DNA of 64,000 nucleotides from Octopus vulgaris (taxonomy: Eukaryota), in the NCBI GenBank assembly GCA_951406725.2, contig OX597814.1, positions 109,368,001-109,432,000 on the forward strand, written 5' to 3'. A model generated the notes under the pieces. It was not told where the DNA came from. It saw nothing but the letters and a program-made list of their open reading frames with translations, and made no database searches. Position numbers and translations under genes: made by a program. Position 1 is the stretch's first letter, and every line of letters begins with the position of its first letter. Of the stretch, positions 39,774 through 51,738 are shown piece by piece.

Positions 39774-42072
39774 TCATCATCATCATCATCATCATCATTT
39801 AACGTCTGTTCTCCATGCTAGCATGGGTTGGACGGTTCGACCGGGGATCTGGAAAGCCAGAAGGCTGCACCAGGCTCCAGTCTTATCTGGCAGTGTTTCT
39901 ACAGCTGGATGCCCTTCCTAACGCCAACCACTCCGTGAGTGTAGTGGGTGCTTTTTACGTGCCACCTGCACAGGTGCCAGGCGAGGCTGGCAACGGCCAC
40001 GGTCGGATTGGTGTATTTTATGTGCCACCTGCACGGAAGCCAAACGAGGGGGTGCTGGCATCGGCCACGAGTCGGATAGTGCTTTTTACGTACCACCAGA
40101 CTAGGGATCCTGGCTGGTTCAATTCGATTTCGATTTCGCTTGCCCCAACATGTCTTCGCAAGCAAGGGGGTTGGCATGGGTGCCTGTCGTACGGTCAGAT
40201 TGGTGTATTTTACGTGCCACCGGCACGGAAGCCAGTGGAGGCGGCGCTGGCATCGGCCACGAGTCGGATAGTGCTTTTTACGTACCACCAGACCAGGGAT
40301 CCTGGCTGGTTCAATTCGATTTCGTTTTCGCTTGCCCCAACATGTCTTCGCAAGCAAGGGGGTTGGCATGGGTGCCTGTCGTACGGTCAGATTGGTGTAT
40401 TTTACGTGCCACCGGCACGGAAGCCAGTGGAGGCATCGGCCACGAGTCGGATAGTGCTTTTTACGTACCACCAGACCAGGGATCCTGGCTGGTTCAATTC
40501 GATTTCGCTTGCCCCAACATGTCTTCGCAAGCAAGGGGGTTGGCATGGGTGCCTGTCGTACGGTCAGACTGGTGTATTTTACGTGCCACCGGCACGGAAG
40601 CCAGTGGAGGCGGCGCTGGCATCGGCCACGTGTCAGATAGTGCTTTTTACGTACCACCAGACCAGGGATCCTGGCTGGTTCAATTCGATTTCGCTTGCCC
40701 CAACATGTCTTCGCAAGCAAAGGGGGTTGGCATGGGTGCCTGTCGTCGGATGAGGTTCTATATCGACTTCGCTTGCCTCAACAGGTCTTTGTGTCCAAGG
40801 GAGGAAAGGCATTCATAAGTGGGCTGGGCTCACTTGTCCTGCCTGGTCTTCTCACGTACAGAATATTTCCAAAGGTCTCGGTCGCTGGTCATTTCCTCAG
40901 TGAGGCCTAAAGTTTGAAGGTCGTGCTTCACCACCTCGTCCCAGGTTTTCCTGGGTCTACCTCTTCCACGGGTTCCCTCAACTGCTAAGGATTGGCACTT
41001 TCTCACACACCTATCTTCATCCATTCTCGCCACATGACCATACCAGCGCAATCGTCTCTTGCACACCACAACTGATGCCTCTTAGGTACAACATTTCTCT
41101 CAAGGTGCTAACACTCTGTCGAGTATGTACACTGACATTACACATCCATCGGAGCATACTGGCTTCATTCCTCACGAGCTTACGCATGTCCTCGGCAGTC
41201 ACGGCCCATGTTTCACTGCCATGTAGCATGGCTGTTCGTACACACGCATCATACAGTCTGCCTTTTACTCTGAGCGAGAGGCCTTTAGTCACCAGCAGAG
41301 GTAAGAGCTCCCTAAACTTTGCCCAGGCTATTCTTATTCTAGCAGTTACACTTTCAGCGCACCCACCCCCACTACTGACTTGGTCACCTAGATAACGGAA
41401 GCTATCAACTACTTCTAGTTTTTCCCCCTGGAAAGTGACGGAAGTTATTTTCTGCAGATTTTCGGAGGTTAATGCTCCAGAGCATTTGCCACATACAAAA
41501 ACTATCTTCCCAGTTAGCCTACCTTTGACATTGCTGCACCTCTTATGTGTCCATAGCTTACACTGGGTACATCTTATAGAGTTTCTACCTACACCTTTTC
41601 TACAGATCGAGCAGGGCCATCTTCCTGAAGACATTTGTGGATTGTCTACCTTCCTACTTATTAGTACTTTGGTTTTAGCTAGGTTGACTCTAAGGCCCCT
41701 CGATTCTAAACCCTCCTTCCACACCTGGAACTTCTCCTCCAGCTCTGATAGTGACTCAGCAATAAGAGCAAGGTCGTCAGCGTAGAGGAGCTCCCAGGGA
41801 CAACCTGTCTTGAATTCCTCCGTAATTGCCTGGAGGACTATGATAAATAGGAGGGGGCTGAGTACTGAACCCTGGTGGACCCCAACCTCTACTTTGAATT
41901 CTTCTGTGTACATGTTGCCAACCCTAACCTTACTTACGGCATCTCTGTACATGGCTTGCACAGTCCTCACCAGCCATTCATCTATCCCCAGTTTCCTCAT
42001 TGACCACCAGATAAGGGATCGGGGGACCCTATCAAAAGCTTTCTCCATGTCAACAAAAGCCAGGTACAGGGG
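39771..42072 (-). mobile_element. 5'-truncated RTE LINE of a related subfamily with PHD insert, expanded 3' UTR and (GAT)n tail abutting (TA)n
   Basis: ORFs 41017-42075 and 40830-41069: FVDMEKAFD, YADD, FRYLG, RGRPRKTW; one frameshift. Confidence 0.95.
39970..40745 (-). repeat. About four near-identical ~180 bp tandem units in the RTE 3' UTR
   Basis: Unit ...gtgtattttacgtgccaccggcacggaagcc...gggatcctggctggttcaattcgatttc...gcatgggtgcctgtcgt repeated; also visible as a repeated peptide in ORF 39815-40753. Confidence 0.9.
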
Positions 42073-42073
42073 C

Positions 42074-43150
42074 ACTCAAAGGAATTCCAACTCCATTTTT
42101 CACGTTTTATTTATAATCTTCTAATATTAATATAACACATAAGATATGATATAGTAAAAAGAAATGAAATGAAGTATTAATTGTCTCTTCTTATTGAACA
42201 AATGTAATATTAAATGTCCATTCTTATTGAACTCCTATACTTTCTTGCATTTATGCAATCTTCAGGTTCATATGGTGGTGGTGGTGACAGTTGTGTTCAT
42301 TGGTTTCAGCTGTGGTTGACTGGTTAAATTTTGTCCTTTATATACATTCCTGTGGATAGATGTAGTAGTTGCTTGGCTATTTTTAGAAATGATACTATAC
42401 CATTTTTCAATGTTTATCTTTATAAATGAAGACAGCAGTACTTTTTTAGAGATCTTTATTTTTTAGATATGGGGATAAGACTGTTATACCTTAAATGTGT
42501 GCACCAACAACAAATTACAAGTCCAGAAGCCCGCCAAATACCACTGAGTAACCACCTAGCAACAAGTGGCCGGAAAACATATATAATACTTCCATTTCAT
42601 AAACTATACAATCAGAATGAAATCGAGAGAAAACTGAGAGAAAAGGACTTTATAATTCAAACCCAAGCTTAATAAACAATGATAAAAAATAATCTTATTT
42701 AAGGTTTAAAATTCATATCCCCATATCTAAAAAATAAAGATCTCTAAAAAAGTACTGCTGTCTTCATTTCTGAAAATAAACACTGAAAAATGGTATAGTA
42801 TCATTTCTAAAAATATCCAAACAACTACTACTTCTATCCACAGGAATGTATATAAAGGACAAAATTTAACCAGTCAACCACAGCTGAAACCAGTGAACAC
42901 AACTGTCACCACCACCACCATATGAACCTGAAGATTGCATAAATGCAAGAAAGTTCAATAAGAATGAACATTTAATATTTCATTTGTTCAGTAAGAAGAG
43001 ACAATTAATACTTCATTTCATTTCTTTTTACTGTATCATATCTTATGTATTATATTAATATTAAAAGATTATAAATAAAACATGAAAAATGGAGTTGGAA
43101 TTCTTTTGAGTAATATATTCTTCTATACACAATCATACAAACCCCTTTGT
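42074..43150 (+). mobile_element. Penelope-like 3' end: ~400 bp inverted terminal repeats (42074-42478 / 42717-43110) around a GIY-YIG C-terminal fragment, ending at (TA)n
   Basis: Spacer reads HQQQITSPEARQIPLSNHL...LPFHKL...ERKLREKDFI..PKLN; arms carry tgaac-CTGAAGA-ttgca(taaa)tgcaa-GAAA...gttca. Confidence 0.8.
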
Positions 43151-43163
43151 ATGTATATATATG

Positions 43164-43207
<44 letters not shown>

Positions 43208-43242
43208 CACACACACATATATATATATACACACACACACAC

Positions 43243-43321
<79 letters not shown>

Positions 43322-44074
43322 AATATATACACACATATATATTCATATTATACTTTTGAACATAATGCAAAAGATATTACCTCTGGAAGGTTAGGGTTAA
43401 TAAATTTTGCCTATCACAATGTATTTATATTAAGTGATTACGTGATTGACCAGACTATTGCATGCTGTTGTACATCGCTGGTCACAATGCACTTCACATC
43501 ATTTTTAGCTCTCAAATGATGGCTAAAACAAGCAAGTCAACTTTCCTCCTGATTGGAAAGCTCATCCCAGGGGACCAGTTCGTTGCAGGGTGAACCCATT
43601 CACAACTGAGTGGACTGGAGCAATGTGAAATGAAGTGTTTTGCTCAAGGACACAATGTGCTGCTCGGTCTGGGAATCAAAACCGTGATCCAGTGACCATG
43701 TCCCTTCACATTTACATTAAGTATGGTACATAAGTGGCCATGTTAATCTAATACTGCATATAACAGATTTTAACCTGTGTGTTTATGGGAATATTTTCAT
43801 AGGAATGTTATCACGCTTCACAGTTCAGTGACTACCATTAAAAAGTGGGGTTAACCTGACTGTGAAAACACTTACTCAAGCAAATCATTTTGGAAATGTA
43901 ATAATAAGTGATAGCAAGCTGTGAACTACAAAATCCAGACTGACACAGAAAATTAGGCACAAAAGAATATGGGGGGGGGGGGGATATTAATTGATAAAGA
44001 AGAAATATAGCTGATTAAATAGAGAAATATTATTTTTTAATAACTCTGTATTTAAAAAGAAGAAAAAAACTTAC

Positions 44075-44189
44075 CTCCTCTTCAACCATGACAGGTAACA
44101 AATTTTCTAAATAACAGAACAAAATTTGGGCTTGGACAAGATCTAAATGTGGAGGATCTTGCAGAGGTTTGTATCCTTCAACCTGATAT
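44075..44189 (-). CDS. RNF123: RNF123 exon 8 (YQVEGYKPLQDPPHLDLVQAQILFCYLENLLPVMVEEE)
   Basis: Resembles human YPVAGYRPLQDPP; U12 branch point TTTCCTTGAC just upstream; GTAAGT donor; 5' boundary inferred from frame. Confidence 0.9.
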
Positions 44190-45132
44190 ATTCATTATTG
44201 TCAAGGAAAGAATATAAGATAAATGCTCTCATAATTTGTGGCTTCTCTAATAAAATATAATTAAACTCAGTATTTAAAAAAATAAATGAATAAATAAATT
44301 CTGTATTTACAGATTGCCACAAAGAAAACAAAGAAATTATAACCATGTTGTTGGGAAGCAAGCTTCTTACCATATGGCCACTCCTGCGCCTATAGTAGAA
44401 GACATTTGCTGAAGGTGCCATGCAGTGGGACTGAACTTGGAACCATATGGTTTGGAAGCAAGCTTCTTACCACACAGCCACGCCTGCGCCTATGTAAGTT
44501 TTCAGATTTCAGCTTCTTCAAGAATGTCTTGTACAGATGAACTAAAAAGGAAGCCTCTTAATAGTCACTCAATCTGTTAGACATAGTAACCAAAATTCCT
44601 TCAGATCACACTCTACAACCATAGTCCTAAAGATACAAACAGATGGACTGGTCATGGTTGGCATACTTTTGATCATACATCTGCTGTACTTAATGATGCC
44701 AGATCTGCATTTAAATAAACACAAGAACTTCTTATACAAGAATAGTGCCCTAATTAGTTGTCCTTGTAACAAAAACCACTCAGTGCCTCACATCCATCAA
44801 TTTATGAATTTACCAAATTTTCATTTTAATGCTTATTTTATGATCAGGTATTTCTATAAAATAATAGCTAATATAAATTTGGCTGGTTGGGTGATTTCTC
44901 CAATCACATCACACTTTCATGATACAGAGAAAAGGTGGGGAGAGAGAGAGAGATACATACAGAGAGATAACATAAGAGGTACAGGATGAATACACATGCT
45001 AGGCTTGGTGGAATGCAATGAATAAAAGAACATACACATACAGATATATCATAGTAACAAAAAACACACACACACGTACACATTTCATTTGATATAAATG
45101 ACAGACAAGAAATATCAGTTGATAAAGGATAT
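44190..45132 (-). other. U12 intron of RNF123 with apparent AT-AT termini
   Basis: 5' splice site ATATCCTTT; branch point TTTCCTTGAC followed by AATAATGAAT|ATATCAG; this join gives L-R-Y-Q-V-E-G-Y in frame. Confidence 0.8.
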
Positions 45133-45258
45133 CTAAGAGGTATTGCCCCAAAATTAGCACGAACATTTTCCGACATGGATAAACTGACAGCAGGGAAATA
45201 GGCATATCCTGGGCCACATCTGACATTATTGAAAGCCTCTCCAAGACATTTCCCATTC
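45133..45258 (-). CDS. RNF123: RNF123 exon 7, SPRY end (NGKCLGEAFNNVRCGPGYAYFPAVSLSMSENVRANFGAIPLR)
   Basis: NGxxLGxAF...YFPAxSL...NFG motif; ttcag acceptor; U12 donor ATATCCTTT. Confidence 0.95.
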
Positions 45259-45430
45259 CTGAATTTAAAAAGAAAAATCACATACATATATCTATTAGTT
45301 CTTCAACAGTTTATATATAAATGCATTTGCTTTGCAAGATTCCTCATGTGAAACTGTGTCTTGAAACAGATATTGTTATATTTCAGAATAGCCAAATAAA
45401 TACACGCACTATATATATATACATATATAT

Positions 45431-48400
45431 ACCAGTATACCCTGTTCTCACCATCTACACCGGATACGCCCTACTCCCTCCTCCTCCCCCCACTACCCCT
45501 TCTCCTCATATGCTTTCACTGTGAAAAGACAAGCTGCTAGCGCCATAGCTCATCAACTACCCACCGATCTTACGCTTCCTCCTGACACTGCCTCAATCCG
45601 ACCATCCCCTTTTAGTACCCTCCCGCCTCGTAATATCCTACGTTTTTATTTCTTACGAACCTACACCAACCCTTCCTGCCATCGTTCCTCCTTACCCCAA
45701 CCTTCCCCACTGGTTGCTCCCCTATATTACCCACACCCTCTACTATCTCTCCCTCTCTTTCACTGGTGAAACCTTTCTCAACTGGACCCCCCTCCCCAAC
45801 TCAACTCTAGAATATCTGTATTTCTTTCCTCTACCTAATTACGTTACTCAGTGACGATAACGAATGTCCACTGCTAACACCAGCTCCTGCCCACGGCGTG
45901 GTCAGGTTGGAAGAGAGATCAAAAGAAAAATACCACGAAAACTATCACCACCACAACAACCCTCCTCTTCTCAGGCGCCGAATACCCCCCGTCCCCCCCA
46001 CATCTCCTTCCCAGTTTTCAGAGTTGGCACTATCAATGTTGGTACATTGACAGGCAAGTCTAGTGAGATTGTAGAGATGCTAGAGAGAAGACAGGTTGAT
46101 GTATTCTGCATACAAGAGGTAAGATGGAGAGATGCTTCGGCTAGGGTCCTCACGGGCAAGGCACTTAGGAACAAACTCTACTGGCAAGGTAACGCGGAAG
46201 GTGTAGGGGGTGTAGGCATTCTCCTTGCGGAGGAATGGGTGGATAAGGTCATAGAGGTTGTCAGGGTTTGTGATAGAGTGCTTAAGCTCAGGTTGGTCCT
46301 ACAGAGTGGCACAGCTATGATTATCTCAGCCTATGCCCCACAAGCGGGACTACCAAATGATCAGAAGGACAACTTTTATGATACCCTTCTGCAGGCTACT
46401 TCAAAGACTAGTAACAAGGACCTCATCTTTGTAGGTGGAGATTTTAATGGGCATGTTGGGCGGGAATCGGGTATCTTCACTGGGGTACAAGGTGGCTATG
46501 GTATTGGCACCAGAAATGATGAGGGAACTAGACTGCTGGAATTCTGTGATGCATGTAACCTTTCAATCTGCAACACTAACTTCAAGAAGCCAGTCTGCCA
46601 CCTTATAACTTATCAGTCAGGAGACTCCGCTAGCCAAATAGACTTCATCCTCACCAGACAACGGGATGCAGGGTTGCTCTTGAATACAAAGACCCTCCCA
46701 GGTGAAGAATGTATCCCTCAGCATAGACTAATCATCAGTGACTTTAAGCTTGAGGCCAGAAGGACTCCAAGAAACAAACCAATCCAGAAAAGAAGGATTT
46801 GGAGGCTAAAGAACCCTTCGCATGGTCAGAAATTTAGGGACATACTCATCAAGAAATTTGATGAGAGGGAGGAGGAGCTTCAGACGTCAGACATAGAAGG
46901 TAGCTGGGAATTCCTACGGGACAGCTTGCTGAGTGCCACAGACCAAGTCTGTGGATGGTGCAAAGTCCCTTCCAGACCTAGAATTACGTGGTGGTGGAAT
47001 AGTGCAGTAGATAAAGCCATCTGTGAAAAGAGACGGGCCTGGAAAGCCTGGAAGGATGGGGGCAGCAGGGAACTGTACCAGATAGCCAAAAGGGAGGCTG
47101 GGCGGCAGGTATACATTGCCAAAGATGTAGCAGAAAAGAAGAAGTTTGCCAATGTCCAGCGTCGCGAGGATCAAAGAGCTGAAGTATTTCGGATTGCCAG
47201 ACAGTGTGTCAGAGAAAATAGCGATGTTATAGGAGAGAAATGTGTCCGCATGGATGATGGGGCACTTGCTTTTACTACTAGTGAAAAGAAAGAGGCTTGG
47301 AGAAGCCATTATGAAAGACTGCTGAATGAGGAGAATGAATGGGAGGAGGAGAGCCTGCCAAATGTTGACCCAGTAGAGGGACCAGCTACCCGAATAGACA
47401 GCTCCCTTGTAGATAAGGCAATTAAGGATATGAAACCAGGCAAAGCCCCTGGCCTATCAGGAATCACTGCTGAGATGCTTAAAACAGCTGGCTATGTGGG
47501 CTATGCCATAGTCACCCGCATTGTAAACCAGGTAGTTCACAATGGAGTCATACCCAATGACTGGTGCAGCAGCACCATAGTCAACTGCTACAAGGGTAAG
47601 GGTGATGCTCTAGATAGAAATAACTACAGAGGTATCAAACTGTTGGACCAGGTGATGAAGGTCTCAGAGAAGGTCATAACCAATCTCATTAGGGAGAGAA
47701 TTTGTTTAGATGAATTGCAGTTCGGTTTTGTACCAGGTAGAAGCACCACAGATGCTATATTCCTGGTCCGACAACTGCAGGAGAAGTACCTAGCTAAAGA
47801 TAAACCCCTCTACATAGCTTTTGTAGACTTGGAGAAAGCCTTTGACAGGGTTCCCCGTTCCCTTATCTGGTGGTCGATGCGGAAACTGGAGATTGAAGAA
47901 TGGCTAATAAGGGCTGTACAGGCTCTATACAGAGAGGCTGTCAGCAAGGTTAGGATTGGCAACGAATATAGTGAAGAATTCCGGGTAGAAGTAGGTGTGC
48001 ACCAGGGCTCAGCCCTCAGTCCCCTTTTATTCATCATAGTCCTTCAGGCAATAACAGAGGAATTCAAAACGGGATGCCCCTGGGAGCTCCTCTATGCCGA
48101 TGACCTATCTCTCATAGCAGAATCACTACCGGAACTAGAAGAGAAATTCGGGTGTGGAAGCAAGGGTTGGAATCAAAGGGCCTTAGAATAAATGTAGCAA
48201 AGACCAAAGTATTAGTAAGCAGCAAGAGGTACTCAGCACACACCCCCTCGGGTAGGTGGCCCTGCTCAACCTGTAGGAAAGGTACAGGTAGAAACTCCAT
48301 AAGATGCACCCAATGTAAGTTATGGACACATAAGAGGTGCAGCAACATTAAAGGGAAATTAACAGATAAGATAGCTTTCATGTGCGGCAGATGCACAGGG

Positions 48401-49408
48401 ACAATAGACAACAGACACTCAGAAAACAGATTCCATCACACTCCAGGGAGAGAAACTAGAAGTAGTTGATAGTTTCCGCTACCTGGGTGACCAAGTTAGT
48501 AGCGGAGGTGGATGCACAGAGAGTATCACCACTAGAATACGAATAGCCTGGGCAAAGTTCAGAAAGCTCCTACCCCTACTGGCAACAAAAGGTCTCTCCC
48601 TCAGAGCGAAAGGTAGATTGTATGATGCATGTGTGCGAACTGCCATGCTCCACGGTAATGAAACATGGGCTGTGACTGCAGAAGACATGCGTAGACTTGA
48701 AAGAAATGAAGCTAGCATGATCCGCTGGATGTGTAGTGTCAGTGTGCACGCAAGACAGAGTGTAAGCATCCTGAGAGAAATGCTGGATATAAGAAGCATC
48801 AGATGTGGTGTGCAAGAGCGACGCTTGCGATGGTATGGTCATGTGCTGCGGATGGATGAAGAGAGATGTGTGAAGAAGTGCCACTCCCAAACAGTTGAAG
48901 GTATCAGGGGGAGAGGTAGACCCAGGAAGACATGGGATGAGGTAGTCAAGCATGACCTCAGAGTATTGGGCCTCACTGAGGCAATGGCGAAGGACCGAGA
49001 TCTCTGGAGATATGCTGTGACTACAAAGACCCGGGCTGCTTTCTGCAGCAATTCCACTTACCCCCTACCCATTCTAAGTACCCCGGATCCCCAAAGTACC
49101 CTGGATCCCCAAAGTACCCCGATCCCCAAAGTACCCCGGACCTCGTTGCCCCCGTGCCGCTGACACGTTAAAAGCTCGAACCGATCGTGACCGATGCCGG
49201 ACCCTCCGGCCCCTGTGCAGGTGGCACGTAAAAAGCACCCAATCCACTCACGGAGTGGTTGGCGTTAGGAAGGGCATCCAGCCGTAGAAACTCTGCCAGA
49301 TTCAGACTGGAGCCTGGAGTGGCCCCTGGCTTCCCAGACCCGGTCGAACCGGCCAACCCGTGCTAGCGCGGAAAGCGGACGTTAAACGATGATGATGATG
49401 ATGATGAT
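45431..49408 (+). mobile_element. Near full-length RTE-clade LINE (pyrimidine-rich 5' leader, APE endonuclease, RT, PHD insert, 3' UTR, (GAT)n tail); frameshifts near 48148 and 48410; inserted in (TA)n
   Basis: ORF 45864-48191 with GTINVGTL, IQEVRW, GDFNGHVG, QIDFIL, SD, KAPG, NYRGIKL, QFGF, FVDLEKAFD, GVHQGSALSP, YADD; later FRYLG, LRWYGHV, RGRPRKTW. Confidence 0.95.
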
Positions 49409-49421
49409 ATATATATATATC

Positions 49422-49456
<35 letters not shown>

Positions 49457-51670
49457 CATCATCATCATCATCATCATCATATATATATATATATATATCA
49501 TCATTATCATCGTTTAATGTCCGCTTTCCATGCTAGCATGGGTTGGACGATTTGACTGAGGTTTGGTGAACCAGATGGCTGCACCAGGCTCCAATCTGAT
49601 CTGGCAGAGTTTCTACAGCTGGATGGCCTTTCTAACGCCAACCACTCTGAGAGTGTAGTGGGTGCTTTTACGTGCCACTGGCACGAGGGCCAGTTTGGTG
49701 GTACTGGCAACGGCCATGCTCAAATGGTGCTTTTTATGTGCCACCTGCACAGAAGCCAGTCCAGCGGCACTGGCAACAACCTCGCTCGAATGTTTTCTTT
49801 CACGTGCCACCAGCACAAGTGCTAGTAAGGCGACGCAGGTAACGATCATGCTCAAATGGTGTTTTTAACATGCCATCTTGTTCTTCACACTGTAGGTTTA
49901 ATTATTATTCTTATTTCAGTGTACTTTGTCTGGAAATCTTTCATCACACAGCCTGTGACCTCTTCAGTGACTCTCCATTCTGTGTGTCTCCTCCTGTTCT
50001 GTTTAGTCTATTCTGGGCATTCTGTAGTACATATCCTTATCTGCATATGCATTTGTGTTTGCATGTGTGTGTGCATGTGTATGCGTTTTGTGTGTGTGTG
50101 TGTGAGGTCACACACAAAGATTTAAGACAAAGGACTCTAAAATAGGAACAACAATAAAGCTGAAGTAAAAAACAAGTATACAGTGCATGTGTTTATTTGG
50201 CAAAGAAAAAAATATATTTCACAGTATTGACCAAACAATCGGAAGTTGTTATACATTGCTGGTCACAATGCACTTTGCATTATTGCTTGTTTTTACCAGC
50301 TAAGTGGACAGAGTGGAATGAAGTGTTTTGCTCAAGAACATGACACACCACCTGGTCTGGAAGCAAACTCACCATCTAGCAATCATTAGTGCAATACACT
50401 AACCACCAAGCTGCACACCTATATATAAAAATCCTTCCTTAAACTCATTATCTTGTATTGTGAAAGCACACTGATACCTTGTAACCATCACCATCATCAT
50501 TGTTTAACGTCTGTTTTCCATGCTAGCATGAGTTGGACGGCTCGACCGGGGTCCGGGAAGCCAGTAGGCTGCACCAGGCTCCAGTCTGATCTGGCAGTGT
50601 TTCTACAGCTGGATGCCCTTCCTAACTTCCTAACACCAACCACTCCGTGAGTGTAGTGGGTACTTTTTACATGCCATCAGCACAGGTGTCAGGCGAGGCT
50701 GGCAACAGCCACGATCGGTTGGTGCATTTTATGTGAAGCCAGTCAAGGCAGCGCTGACAACGGCCACGCTTGGATGGATTTTTTTACGTGCCACCGGCAC
50801 TGGTATCACAACTTCAATTTCCATTGATTTTTTTATCGATTTCGTATCTTCTTTTCAGCTATTCCCACCAACACTTATATAACACAAGGTAGCCACATAT
50901 CTCCTCTACTGTAAGACAACTGTTCTTGTCTCTCTATCACACTTTGGCCTCTCAACACCTGGTATAAAGCCAACTCCCACTTTACTAAAACCCCACTAAG
51001 TCAAGGAGTCCTTTATTTTTTTGTCCTGTGAGTTACTTGGTGACTTCACTGATGCCGGTGGCATGAAACAAAGCACTCTGTACACTCTGTAAAGAGGTCG
51101 GCATTACAAAGAGTACCCACCTGTAAGAACCATGTCAAAACAGACATGGAGGCTAGACACAACCTGGGCATGTAGTAGAAGACAGATTCCCAATGTGCCA
51201 CGAAGTGAGACTGAATTCAAAACAAGCCATGTGGTTGGACAGTGAACATAGCCATGATTAAACACTGACTTTAAACATAAATAAAATATAAAAACAGCTT
51301 TTAAATTCTTGGACAGACTCAGAGCATACCTTGAGGGGAGTGGAAAGCCACTGTGAAGGTTGCATATAGCGATAAAAGGACTTTGACAAACAAACAATCA
51401 ATTGATTATCTAACCAACACATTAAACAAACAATTGATTAGTCAGTTGGTTAGATATTTAACTTACTAACAATAAAGAGGTGATATTCAATCAGTGCATG
51501 TGTTTATTATTATTGGAGTAATGACCCTCCCAAGACACAACAAGATTTGTTTCAACATTTGAATTTACATCAAGAATCTTGCAAACAAAAAAACAAAAAG
51601 CAAAGCTTTTAAATAGTTTTGAAGCAAAAATAGTGGTTTAGGAAAATAGTGGAATTAAAGAATTACATAC

Positions 51671-51738
51671 CGGAAAAAGGTAATGGTTCCTTTGTCACAG
51701 TCTATTGCACAACTTATCACATCACCTGTTAACCAAGA
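51671..51738 (-). CDS. RNF123: RNF123 exon 6, SPRY (SWLTGDVISCAIDCDKGTITFFR)
   Basis: WxxGDVIxCxIDxDxG motif; ttcag/GTATGT. Confidence 0.95.

Noticed and set aside
39815-40818. Overlapping 222-312 aa ORFs with repeated peptides
   Set aside because: Produced by tandem units in the RTE 3' UTR; open in several frames on both strands with no domain signature. Likewise ORF 9608-10183
44183-44184. AG acceptor (ATATCAG|GTT) as a conventional end for the 44190-45132 intron
   Set aside because: With the U12 donor it shifts the frame, and no GT donor lies at the matching position after the RYP-like read-through
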